The notes under the pieces were generated by a model. It did no database searches and had not been told where the DNA came from. It saw nothing but the letters and a program-made list of their open reading frames with translations. DNA of 64,000 bases. Origin: an uncultured Acidobacteriota bacterium (lineage in GTDB: Bacteria; Acidobacteriota; UBA6911). The translations under genes and the position numbers were made by a program. Below are positions 23,734 through 34,782 of the stretch, piece after piece. Each line of letters starts with the position of its first letter. Position 1 is the first letter of the stretch. The stretch lies in NCBI GenBank assembly GCA_963827655.1, contig CAWHCF010000020.1, positions 96,001 through 160,000 of the forward strand, read 5' to 3'.

Positions 23734-26700
23734 ATGACCGCCCATTTGCACCTGGTTGATATGCCCCGTTCTCTAACCCGCATGATTGCGTTGCTCGTCG
23801 TCGTCGCCGCCGCCGGCGATCGCGCTTCGGCACAGAGCGACGGAGCGGAGTTCTTCGAGAAGAATATCCGGCCGCTGCTGGCGCAAAACTGCTTGATCTG
23901 CCACTCCGCCGCAAGCCGTCCGGTCATGGGTGGTCTCCGTCTGGACAGCCGGGAGGGGATCGAGAAAGGAGGCTCTCGAGGCCCGGCGATCGTCGACGGA
24001 AATTCCGAAAAGAGCCTGCTGATTCGCGCCGTTCGGCACGTGGACGACAAGCTGCAGATGCCGCCTCGGGGCAAACTCAAGGACGCGGACATCGCGCTCC
24101 TGGCGCAGTGGGTGGACAGGGGGGCTCCCTGGGGTGTCGAGCGGTTGCAATCGGACGCAAAGCAGGATTTCTGGGCCTTCCTCGCGCCGAAGGAACCTTC
24201 TATCCCGGATGTAAAAAACCAGGCTTGGGTCAAGTCTCCGATCGATGCCTTTGTCCTGGCCGGGCTTGAAGCCAAGGGCCTGATGCCTGCGCCTCCAGCG
24301 GACAAGCGCACACTGATCCGCCGCGCCACGTTCGATTTGACCGGTCTTCCGCCTAAGCCCGAGGAGGTGCGCGCCTTTCTCGAAGACAAGACGCCGGAGG
24401 CCTTCGCCCGTGTCGTGGATCGACTCCTGGCCTCACCGCGCTACGGCGAGCGATGGGGCCGCCACTGGCTGGATGTCGCCCGTTACGCCGACTCGAACGG
24501 ACTGGACGAAAACCTGGTGTACAAGAACGCGTTCCGCTACCGCGACTATGTGATCCAGGCGTTCAACCAGGACAAGCCCTACGATCGATTCATCCATGAA
24601 CAGCTGGCCGGCGATTTGCTCCCCGATTCGGGAGATCTCAAGACCACCTTCGAGCGCTGGACCGCGACCGGCTTCCTCTCGCTCGGCGCCAAAATGCTGG
24701 CCGAAGATGATCCAGTGAAGATGGAAATGGACATTGTGGATGAGCAGCTCGATACGACCAGCCGCGTGTTCATGGGTCTGACGGTCGGGATGCGCCCGCT
24801 GCCATGACCATAAGTTCGATCCCATCCCGCAGGCCGACTACTATTCGCTGGCAGGGATCTTCAAGAGCTCGAAGACGATGGAGAACTTCAAGGTCGTCGC
24901 CAAATGGCACGAATATGTGCTCGCGCCCAAGGCAGACCGGGACCGGCTCCAGGCTCACGAAGAAAAGATCGAGGCAAAGCGCCGGGAAATTGGCCGCATC
25001 CGGAAAGCAGAGAACTCGAAACTGGTGGCCGAAGGAAGGCAAAAGGTCGGCGCTTACCTCCTGGCGGCGGCCGCGGTGGAGCGCTCTGAACAGATTCGTC
25101 TCCGACCCGTGCTCCGCGACGCAGGGATGTCTCCTGCGGATGGGACGGTCGTGCGCGAGTCGGGTAGCTTTGAGCGTGGCAATGTCTCGCGCAAGCCCGC
25201 AAAGGGACAGAAGAACATCGCCGAGGATGAGAAAGGACCGTTCTTCGCGGAGTACGATCTCGCGATTGCCGCTCCGGGCGAATACCAGATCGATTTCCTT
25301 GAGGAAGAGAAGGGAGCCGGCACCGCCGATCTTTGGATCAATGGGCAGATGGTAAAACGCGGCGCCGAGCCCATCCAGAATCGCGCCGCGTCGCCGGATG
25401 CCGGCGGATGGGCTGCTGCGGGCATCTTCCCGCTGGTGGCGGGAAAGAACACGCTGCGGTTAGAACACAAGAGCCGATTCCCGTACTTCGAAAAGCTTCT
25501 GGTGGCGCCGAGTTCTCTGGCGAAGGGCGTGCCGGTGCCGAGGACGCCGGTGCAGGTGGCGCGCCAGTACGGCATCAATCCCGGATTCCTGGATCAATGG
25601 GTCGATCATTTGCGCCGGTCGAAGGGTGCGCCTCACTCGGTGCTCTACGGCTGGGACGTCTATGGCACCCGGCGGCCGCTGGACGAGTGGACCTCGCCCG
25701 CTGCCAAGCTGTTCCGGGACTTCCACCCCGCGAACCGTGAGGAGCTCGCCGCGCCGCTACCAGGAGTTGTTCAGTGAGTCGGTGCGCCAGTGGCAGGCGC
25801 TGCATCCCGGCGGTGAGGTCGACAACGAAAAGGCGGATGACAAGAAGGAAGAAGCCGGCTTGACCGATGCCGGGTTGGAAGCTCTGCGACAGCTGCTGTA
25901 CGAGAAATTCGGACCGTTTCGTCCGCCGGCGGATTCCAGCCAGTACTTTCCGGCTGAGGCCCAGCGGGAGCTGGCGCGGCTGGAGGGTGAGGAGAAGGAG
26001 CTGGTAGAGGCAACTCCGGAGTTCCCTCACGCGATGGGAATCCGTGAAGGCGAGATCGCCGATCTACCCATTCATATCCGGGGCAGCCACTGGACCCTGG
26101 GCCCGGTGGCGCCGCGCCGGTTTCTGCGCGTGATAGCCGGCGACAATCAGAGTCGCTATCGGCGCCAAGGAAAGCGGTCGCCTCCAACTGGCGCAATGGC
26201 TGACGCAGAAGGACCATCCGCTGACGAGCCGCGTCATGGCGAATCGCATCTGGCGCTGGCACTTTGGCCGCGGGATCGTGCCTTCCACCGACAACTTCGG
26301 GCGTCTGGGCGAGCCGCCCACCAATCAACCGCTGCTCGACTGGCTTGCGCTTCGGTTCATCGAGGGCGGCTGGTCGATCAAGGCGATGCACCGGCTCATC
26401 ATGCTCTCGACCACCTACCAGATGAGCAGCCGGTATGACGCGCGAGCGGCCGAAACCGATCCCGAAAACACGCTGTTGTGGCGCATGAACCGGCGCCGCC
26501 TGGAAGCCGAAAGCATCCGCGACGCGATCATGGCCGTTTCCGGAGACCTGGACTTCACGGAGGGCGGGTCCATTCTGGCGTACAAGGACCGCCAGTATGT
26601 GCAATACCGGCGGGTGGCATTGACTACGATCGTAACATTCGCGCGGTCTATCTACCTGTGATCCGCAGCTCGATGTACGACGTCTTCCAGGCATTCGATT

Positions 26701-27048
26701 TGCCCGACCCTTCCATGTCGAACGGAGACCGGGACTCGACCGTGGTGGCCCCACAGGCGCTGTTCATGATGAACGGGTCCGTGCCGCTCGCAGCACAGCC
26801 GCAAGATGGCCGAGAGATTACTGGGACGGGCCGATCTCGACGATGCCGGAAGGATCCGCGACGCCTATGAGCGCGCGCTCGGCAGACCGGCGGCTGCGCA
26901 GGAAATCGACCGGGCGCTGGCGTTCATCGCTCGAGTGGAACGGGCGATGGAAAAGCGGAAGGAAAATGCGGGCGAACGCCGCGTGTTCGCATGGCAGAGC
27001 TTCTGCAAGTCGCTGATCGCATCGAATGAGTTTATCTATCTGAACTGA
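23734..27048 (+). CDS. PSD1 and planctomycete cytochrome c domain protein (PSCyt1-DUF1549-DUF1553), frameshifted ~5 times
   Basis: [16 protein letters not shown]; [20 protein letters not shown]; [14 protein letters not shown]; [10 protein letters not shown]; C..L..SNEF.Y. Confidence 0.85.
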
Positions 27049-27057
27049 GGATCGCCG

Positions 27058-28499
<1,442 letters not shown>

Positions 28500-28513
<14 letters not shown>

Positions 28514-28770
28514 GTCCTGCTGTCGCAATTACGGAAACGTATTTTGGCAGTTGAGGCCTGAAAGGCCGACAGAGATAGACCCGCCGTAGGGCCGGGAATG
28601 CGTACATTAAGAAGGAGCGCCGAAGGTGCGCAAGCCGGAGTTGGTCCTTCGAACTCGTGGCAGGGGCGTCTCGAAACCCCGCCCTGACGGGCGGGGCTAC
28701 TCACTGCCGGGCCTTCGGCCCTAGGCGACGACAGCGCCGACTCCTGCCACTCTGGCCAATACGTTAGCGT
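28500..28770. repeat. REP-like palindromic cluster or degenerate MITE
   Basis: CGCTAAC...GTTAGCG ends enclosing hairpins GGCCTGAAAGGCC, CCCGCCCTGACGGGCGGG and GGGCCTTCGGCCC. Confidence 0.5.
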
Positions 28771-28792
28771 ATTTACAAACCAACCGACTAAG

Positions 28793-30439
28793 CTAGAGCA
28801 AGGGTTTCAGCCGGCCATATCCGGACCGGCTCACCGGCAGCTTCGTCCCGTCGGCAAGGATGGCGACCCGGCTGTCCTTGGCGTACAGTTCAAGCCGCAC
28901 CATGCGCTCGACATTCAAGATATACGACCGGTGAATGCGGATAAAACGGTCGCTGTCGAGCAGCGCTTCCAGCTCGTTTAGCGTTTGCTGCTTGAGGTAA
29001 TCCTTGCCTCCGGCCTTGATACAGACGTAGTCATCCTGGGCTTCGACGTAGTCGATCTTTCCCACAGCAATGACGTGGACCCGGGAGCCATCCCTGACCA
29101 GGACCCGCTCTGATTTTCTTTCGGGAATGCGCGCGCTGGCCGCCAGGCCGGCCGCGGGCAGAGTCTCTCTGCGGCGGAACTTCTCGCGGGCATGGCCGAT
29201 GGCCTCCGCGAGCCGCTCCGGGCTGAAGGGCTTCAGCAGATAGTCCACGGCGTGGACCTCGAAGGCCTTCAGGGCATACTCGTCATAAGCGGTTATGAAG
29301 ATCACGGCCAGGTTTCGCTCGATCAGCTCAAGAACCTCGAAGCCGTTGAGTTTCGGCATCTGAATATCGAGGAACAGGATATCGGGCTTGAGCTCGGTAA
29401 CCGTCTTCACCGCCTCAAAGCCATTGGAGCATTCGGCCAGGATTTCGATTTCGGGGAAGGCGGAGAGATACTCTCTTAGAACTTCGCGAGCCGGTTGCTC
29501 ATCGTCTACGATCACGCAGCCGAGCTTTTCGCGTCCCGAGAAATCGGAGGGGCTCTCCGGGAATCGCCGGCGCGCTTCCAGGCTGAAGTCCGTTTCTTGC
29601 TTGAGTTGACGCAGATCGGCCAGCAGTTCACCGGCTGACTGGTAGCGCGCCCGGAGATTCTTCTCGAGCGTTTTCTTGATGATGGCTTCCAATTCTGCGG
29701 GCAGGTCCGGGTTGATGCCGGCAGGAGGAACCGAAGTCTTGTTCAGGATCGAGTCGAAGACGAGCGCGGGAGTATTCCCCGCAAAGGCTTGCTTGCCCGT
29801 GCTCATCTCGTAAAGCACCGACCCGAAGGAGAAAAGGTCGCTGCGGGCGTCGATCGGCTCTCCGCGAGCTTGTTCAGGAGACATGTAAGCCACGGTTCCC
29901 ATCAATGCATTCGTGCGCGTCAAAGGGGGATCCGATTCCAGGGTGGTATCGCGTCCTTCGGTCCCTTGCGCCGAAAACTTCGCCACGCCGAAGTCCAGCA
30001 CCTTGGCCTGTCCGCGCTCGGTCAGCAAGATATTGGCCGGCTTGACGTCCCGATGCACAATTCCCTTGGAATGCGCGGCGTCCAGGGCATCGACGATCTG
30101 AATCGACAGTTCGAGAATCTCTCCGATCTTAAGGGGCCTGCCGGCGCAGTGCTGGTTGAGCGTATCTCCTTCCAGAAACTCCATCACGATAAAGGGCTGT
30201 TTTTGATGCTCGGCCACATCGTAGATGGTGCAGATGTGAGGGTGATTCAGCGCCGAGGCGACACGCGCTTCCCGCTGGAAGCGTTCCAGAGCGCGGCGAT
30301 CTTTTGACAACTCTTCCGGCAGAAATTTCAGCGCCACGAGCCGATTGAGCCGCGTGTCCTGCGCTTTGTAGACCACGCCCATGCCGCCGGCTCCCAGCTC
30401 CTCGAGAATCCTGTAATGAGCTACGGTTTTGCCGGTCAT
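28793..30439 (-). CDS. Ser/Thr protein kinase - REC - LytTR fusion response regulator
   Basis: GAGGMGVVY, VALK, HRDVKPANI, DFG, GTVAYMSPE; then VIVDDE...LFLDIQMP...FITAYD...YLLKP; then RIHRSYILN...VSRS (LytTR); one continuous frame. Confidence 0.88.
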   Translation of the reverse strand: MTGKTVAHYRILEELGAGGMGVVYKAQDTRLNRLVALKFLPEELSKDRRALERFQREARVASALNHPHICTIYDVAEHQKQPFIVMEFLEGDTLNQHCAGRPLKIGEILELSIQIVDALDAAHSKGIVHRDVKPANILLTERGQAKVLDFGVAKFSAQGTEGRDTTLESDPPLTRTNALMGTVAYMSPEQARGEPIDARSDLFSFGSVLYEMSTGKQAFAGNTPALVFDSILNKTSVPPAGINPDLPAELEAIIKKTLEKNLRARYQSAGELLADLRQLKQETDFSLEARRRFPESPSDFSGREKLGCVIVDDEQPAREVLREYLSAFPEIEILAECSNGFEAVKTVTELKPDILFLDIQMPKLNGFEVLELIERNLAVIFITAYDEYALKAFEVHAVDYLLKPFSPERLAEAIGHAREKFRRRETLPAAGLAASARIPERKSERVLVRDGSRVHVIAVGKIDYVEAQDDYVCIKAGGKDYLKQQTLNELEALLDSDRFIRIHRSYILNVERMVRLELYAKDSRVAILADGTKLPVSRSGYGRLKPLL

Positions 30440-31569
30440 GGCCGTGAACGTCTGGTGGCAAGAGGCTCCCGGTCGCGACCGGTAGTGTTTTGCGGATCCA
30501 GTGGAGGCTTATTCTCGAAAACCGCGGGAAGCGTGAGTTCCACACGGAAGTGGCCATCCTTCTCCTGCACGTCCACGCGAGACTCCGATCCATGAAGCGT
30601 CGCCAGGCGGCTGCGCACATTCTGAAGGCCGAGTCCTTGTCGCGTTGCTTGTGGCCGCTCACGATCGCAGGGGTTATCGATCGCGATTCTGAGCCGATCT
30701 CCCCTTCTTTCGGTCTTGATGCGGATGGTTCCTCCCTCGATCAGCTGGGCGATACCGTGGTTGACGGCGTTTTCAACCAGGGGTTGAAGAAGAAGCGGAG
30801 GCACCAGGCAGTCCTTGCTGGCTTCGTCGATTTCCTGTTCTACTCTCAGGCGCGAGCCGAAACGAACCCGCTCGATGGAGAGAAAATTCGACGCCAGCGC
30901 AATCTCTTCGACCAGGGGAATATTCTGCTGCGCTCCCAGGCTGATGCTCTTGCGGAGGAAATCCGCCAGCAGCAGGCACATCCTTCGCGCGCCCGCACTA
31001 TCGGTGGCGATGAGAGAGCTGACGGAGTTGAGGCTATTGAAGAGGAAATGCGGATCGATCTGGGCTCTCAGCGCCTTGAGCTCAGCCTCGCGAGCCAGAA
31101 TCTCGTGCTCCAGCGCAAGCCGCTCCGATTCCCGGGCGACCTCAAAGCTTCCTATTACGTAGTTCACGGCGATCGCAAGATAGAAAAGGAGGATTCCCAC
31201 GCCGAGCAGCAGCGGGACTTCAGCGTTATAGCGCTCACTGAGCGTGGCAAACTTCGGGATGAACGAGAGCAGGGATACGTAGAGTTTACCCGTGAGGATC
31301 CACCAGGTGCTGGAGAGAAAAGCCGCGATCGTATGGACACTGAAGAGCCGGACAAAGCCTGTGCGCCGAAGCGGGAGCGCGCGGCACAAGTACCAGCTGG
31401 GAAGACAGATGAACGCATACTCGGATGCCAGCGGGAACGCAACGACGACGGACTCCGTCCAGGAGAGGCGTCCCGAGAGTGCCAGCAGAGTAGCGAGAAG
31501 GCAGGCTACGGGGAACCAGGCAGCGAGATAAATTCGAAGAATTCCTTTTTGCGTGGCAATGGGGTGCAT
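30436..31569 (-). CDS. LytS/YehU-family sensor histidine kinase
   Basis: N-terminal TM helices; ALRAQIDPHFLFNSLN; LLLQPLVENAVNHG; GLGLQNV; stop overlaps the kinase ATG. Confidence 0.92.
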   Translation of the reverse strand: MHPIATQKGILRIYLAAWFPVACLLATLLALSGRLSWTESVVVAFPLASEYAFICLPSWYLCRALPLRRTGFVRLFSVHTIAAFLSSTWWILTGKLYVSLLSFIPKFATLSERYNAEVPLLLGVGILLFYLAIAVNYVIGSFEVARESERLALEHEILAREAELKALRAQIDPHFLFNSLNSVSSLIATDSAGARRMCLLLADFLRKSISLGAQQNIPLVEEIALASNFLSIERVRFGSRLRVEQEIDEASKDCLVPPLLLQPLVENAVNHGIAQLIEGGTIRIKTERRGDRLRIAIDNPCDRERPQATRQGLGLQNVRSRLATLHGSESRVDVQEKDGHFRVELTLPAVFENKPPLDPQNTTGRDREPLATRRSRP

Positions 31570-31571
31570 GC

Positions 31572-32285
31572 TCAGTTCTTGGTTTCGACCCCGCCCATGA
31601 TGGCAAATCCTTTGACTACGAGCCGCTTCTTCGGTTCTCCCTGAGGCGGTCGCGTCGTATCCTCGAATCCGCCCATAAGAGGGAAGCCCTGGGAGACCAC
31701 AGTCCAGTCTTCGGGCACCTTGATCTCGATTCCTCCCCACCAGGCGAAGGTGTGAATGACAGCTTCCTCGCGCTGAATGTCGCACTCGCGCAAATCAATC
31801 TCGCATCCACCCATGATCGCGGTGAACTCTCCACTCCGGAAGTCTTTTGAATTGCAGCTTCGTACGACACCCCCCATTACGGCGATTGCGCTGATTGTGG
31901 AGTCTGGGTCGACGGGTATGTTGGGCTTGTCTGCGATCGCGATCTTTGAACTGCGAGCAAAAGCCTGCCATACCATGCTTCCGCCGATGGCGACCAGGAT
32001 CAGGGGCCAGTAGTCCCAGATTGAAAAACGAATGAGACGCAGATTGCTGAGCAGCCACAGAGTACCAACCAGCGAGAACACTATTCCGGCCGCGCGTCCC
32101 GGCGTGCTCGTCGACTGGATCAGCTTGGTCAGGCCCACCGCAATGATACCCGCGGGCCAGAGGCGAAAATATTCCTCGGCTTCCAGGACGTCAAGATTGT
32201 CCAGAGTGAAGAGAACTCCGAACACGATTGCCAGGAGACCGAGTACCAGCTGCGGCGTCACTCGGAAGGAAGGGCTATCTTCCAT
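31572..32285 (-). CDS. LiaF-like membrane protein (DUF5668 plus DUF2154-like C-terminus)
   Basis: Four TM segments with LWP/YWP motifs; AIMGG.EIDLR, GGIEIKVPEDW. Confidence 0.8.
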   Translation of the reverse strand: MEDSPSFRVTPQLVLGLLAIVFGVLFTLDNLDVLEAEEYFRLWPAGIIAVGLTKLIQSTSTPGRAAGIVFSLVGTLWLLSNLRLIRFSIWDYWPLILVAIGGSMVWQAFARSSKIAIADKPNIPVDPDSTISAIAVMGGVVRSCNSKDFRSGEFTAIMGGCEIDLRECDIQREEAVIHTFAWWGGIEIKVPEDWTVVSQGFPLMGGFEDTTRPPQGEPKKRLVVKGFAIMGGVETKN

Positions 32286-32673
32286 TTTGCTCCTCCGCGG
32301 GCGTGTTCGCCGGTGATTCAGGCCTGAGAGCACTCCAGACTATGGAGATTCCGATCGCCAGAATCAAGAGAGGCCAGGACTTGCTAAAACCAAGGCCGAA
32401 GAGTTTGAGATTCGAGATCAGCAACCATGCGCCGACCGTGCAGAGCCAGACCCCCTCGTCCGTGTTTTTCTTGTCTCCCGGTCGAACGAGTTTGTTGACA
32501 CCAACGCCGATCAATACCAGAGGCCAGTAGCGCCATACCCCTCTCAGCTCAAGCAGATCCAGATTGGCCAGAAACAAGGCGACCCCCGCCAGGACCAGCG
32601 TTGCGCCCGTAACCAGCTGGGCGATCGTGCGGGGAGAAGAATCAGTGTTCGTTTTACTCTCCGGGTCTGTCAT
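32275..32673 (-). CDS. LiaI/LiaF-like TM protein (DUF5668)
   Basis: GATLVLAGVALFLANL, WRYWPLVLIGVG, SWPLLILAIG; AAGGAGG RBS. Confidence 0.75.
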   Translation of the reverse strand: MTDPESKTNTDSSPRTIAQLVTGATLVLAGVALFLANLDLLELRGVWRYWPLVLIGVGVNKLVRPGDKKNTDEGVWLCTVGAWLLISNLKLFGLGFSKSWPLLILAIGISIVWSALRPESPANTPAEEQNGR

Positions 32674-32731
32674 CGCTTCCTCCTTGTGCTCGGCTGCAAA
32701 ATACGATGAGTTTCTGGAGGACGCATCCTTC

Positions 32732-32762
32732 TTTCGGCCAGCAGAGGTTATGAGTCGGTAGA
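32732..32762 (-). promoter_or_regulatory. putative LytTR binding direct repeat
   Basis: TCGG cores at 32734 and 32755 (21-bp period) upstream of the LiaF-LytS-LytTR operon. Confidence 0.3.
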
Positions 32763-32829
32763 TGGCGCAGGGAGGCCTGCCGGCGCCGGAAGGTCCAGGC
32801 GTTGTTTTCGTCTTTGCGGTTGATTCTAG

Positions 32830-33711
32830 TTGCGTGATTCAACTAAAAAAGAGACGCGAGGATGCCAGGAAACGGCCCTGGCAAGTTACAGCTTGCCCTT
32901 CATCACGCTTACGCACTCTCCTCTCGTCCAAGGACCGGTTCCGGTCAAGATCTACTATCGAGAATCGGGTCATGGCGTGCCGCTGGTTTTTCTGCACGGC
33001 GGCTGGGGCTATGAAATCTATCCTTTCAATCGGCAGATCCAGGCATTTGGCGATCGATTCAGCATTTTGATCCCCGATCGCTCGGGTTACGGCCGCTCCA
33101 CTAAACTGGAAGAATTGCCCTCGGATTTCCACGCGCGTGCTGCCGTGGAAACGATGCGGTTTCTGGAGGCTCTCGACCTTCGGCGCCCTGTCCTGTGGGG
33201 GCACAGCGATGGGGCGGTCATCGCGGCGCATATCGGACTCGCCGCGCCCGAGCGGATTCGAGCGCTGGTACTCGAGGCCTTCCACTTTTATCGAGTCAAG
33301 CCCGGCTCGCGCGAATTTTTCCAGACCATGGCTTCAGACCCGGAACGGATGGGAAGGCGAGTATGCGAAACCCTGGCCTCGGAGCATGGCGAGCGTTACT
33401 GGCAGCAATTGATGCGAAACGGCGGCCAGGCATGGTTGAACATTGCCTGCGAAAGCGTGCAGGCCAATCAGGATCTATATGGAGGCAGGCTTTCGGAACT
33501 GCGGGTTCCTGCGCTCTTCATCCATGGGGGAGATGATCCACGCACGGAACCCGGCGAATTAGCGGCCGTGCGAGAAGCGCTCCCTTCGGCCACGGTTCAC
33601 GTTCTTCAAGGCGCGGGCCACAGTCCGCATAGCGAGAGCTCCGCGGCTGGCGAGTGTAATGCCAGGGCGGGTGAGTTCTTTGAGAATCTTGGAATCTGGA
33701 GCAGGACTTAG
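32830..33711 (+). CDS. alpha/beta fold hydrolase
   Basis: LVFLHGGWG, DRSGYGRS, WGHSDG, GAGHSPH; exact start uncertain. Confidence 0.85.
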   Translation: MRDSTKKETRGCQETALASYSLPFITLTHSPLVQGPVPVKIYYRESGHGVPLVFLHGGWGYEIYPFNRQIQAFGDRFSILIPDRSGYGRSTKLEELPSDFHARAAVETMRFLEALDLRRPVLWGHSDGAVIAAHIGLAAPERIRALVLEAFHFYRVKPGSREFFQTMASDPERMGRRVCETLASEHGERYWQQLMRNGGQAWLNIACESVQANQDLYGGRLSELRVPALFIHGGDDPRTEPGELAAVREALPSATVHVLQGAGHSPHSESSAAGECNARAGEFFENLGIWSRT

Positions 33712-33877
33712 CATTCAGTGTTGGCGAAGCTTGCTTCGCCAAATAAGGCGGTAGCAAGCTCCGAAACCTCACCGCAAGTAGGGCGGCGCCTTGCGCCCGG
33801 GTCGCACTGGAGGTTTGTTAGGACCATTCGGTCAAGTGGAGAGCTCGCGGGCAAGCTGATTGTCCCTGATCTGATCA

Positions 33878-33903
33878 GGGAGGCCCGGATTTCCGGACCT
33901 CCC
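33878..33903 (-). terminator. terminator-like hairpin after the Cys-rich peptide gene
   Basis: GGGAGGTCCGG-AAAT-CCGGGCCTCCC on the minus strand, 11 nt after the stop; no poly-U tail. Confidence 0.5.
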
Positions 33904-33914
33904 CGTGTCCTTCC

Positions 33915-34031
33915 TTACAGGCAACAACCCAAGCCGCAGCAGGAACTTCCGCAGCAGGATTGGGCGCTGACAAAGGCGCTGGCCGCAAAGAAGGTCAGAA
34001 CCAGAGCTAGGCCTAAGAAAGCTCTTCTCAT
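33915..34031 (-). CDS. 38-aa secreted Cys-rich peptide (absent from the ORF track)
   Basis: AAGGAG RBS; MRRAFLGLALVLTFFAASAFVSA|QSCCGSSCCGLGCCL*; classic signal peptide; downstream hairpin. Confidence 0.75.
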   Translation of the reverse strand: MRRAFLGLALVLTFFAASAFVSAQSCCGSSCCGLGCCL

Positions 34032-34032
34032 G

Positions 34033-34112
34033 GCACTCTCCTTAAGAAAGAAATTGGATTTTGAAAAAGAGACAGCTGGGCGCGTCCGTTTCTTTCTAAA
34101 TCCGGAGAACGC
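34033..34112 (-). promoter_or_regulatory. SD-sequestering mRNA hairpin joining the leader 3' end to the peptide RBS
   Basis: 5' arm GCGTTCTCC-GGA-TTT-AGAAAGAAA pairs with 3' arm TTTCTTTCT-TAA-GGAGAGTGC. Confidence 0.6.
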
Positions 34113-34443
34113 GGTTTTTGATGAAGAGGGGAACCTCGATTACTCGAAGTGAAGGCGATTCGAACCAGGTCGCGGACGCGGTCAGGCAGACTCCGCTTAC
34201 TAAGTCCGAGAGCGCTGGCTGAAAAACTTTCAGAGACCGCTCGCCGGCAATGAAACTGCTATCCACACAGCTGGAACAGGAGGGGCTTTCGTCGTGCGGT
34301 CCGCAGCAGTCTCGCTGTTCGTCCGTGCACTGTTTGGCGTCAGCCGTCCGAGCCGTCTGCGGCAATACTTCTGGACAAGCGAGCGCGCATGTAACAGCGA
34401 GGAAAAAGAGAATCATGTAAGAGAGCAAGAAAAACCGTCTCAT
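34096..34443 (-). CDS. Cys-rich secreted leader-type protein (DUF2946/HYC_CC_PP-like)
   Basis: Signal peptide, C...CC...CSSC, C-terminus PLFIKNRVLRI*; TATAAT 5 nt upstream of ATG. Confidence 0.65.
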   Translation of the reverse strand: MRRFFLLSYMILFFLAVTCALACPEVLPQTARTADAKQCTDEQRDCCGPHDESPSCSSCVDSSFIAGERSLKVFQPALSDLVSGVCLTASATWFESPSLRVIEVPLFIKNRVLRI

Positions 34444-34448
34444 AACTC

Positions 34449-34478
34449 ATTATAACGATCAAGTGTCCGCATGGTTCC
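34449..34478 (-). promoter_or_regulatory. promoter for a leaderless transcript
   Basis: Minus strand GGAAC-N17-GTTATAAT-GAGTT-ATG: perfect -10 hexamer, no SD, ECF-like -35. Confidence 0.5.
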
Positions 34479-34685
34479 CCCATTTTGCGCGCACCGGGTA
34501 ATTCGGGGCAATCATTTTCTGCTGCGGGACGAGTCGGCGCCTGATCGTCGACACGCGCAAGTTCCCTGCCAAGCGACCCGGGCCATGCCAGGCCGTTTCT
34601 CTATTTGAATTGGGGCGAACGGGAGAACGAAGGGATGAACCAGTCCTGCACTGCGATGAAGAATCTGCTCACCGATGGCGCATAT

Positions 34686-34782
34686 GTCATTGGTCATCAG
34701 TCATTGGTCATTTTTCATTGATGAACCGGTATTGCGCAAAGGATCCAGAAATGACAAATGACCAATGACCAATGACCGATGG
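34686..34782. repeat. heptamer (TCATTGG / CCAATGA) inverted arrays
   Basis: GTCATTGGTCATCAGTCATTGGTCAT ... ATGACAAATGACCAATGACCAATGAC. Confidence 0.75.

Noticed and set aside
33718-34152. 144-aa plus-strand ORF
   Set aside because: It is antisense to the Cys peptide and its leader, has no RBS or recognisable motif, and begins in a REP-like palindrome.
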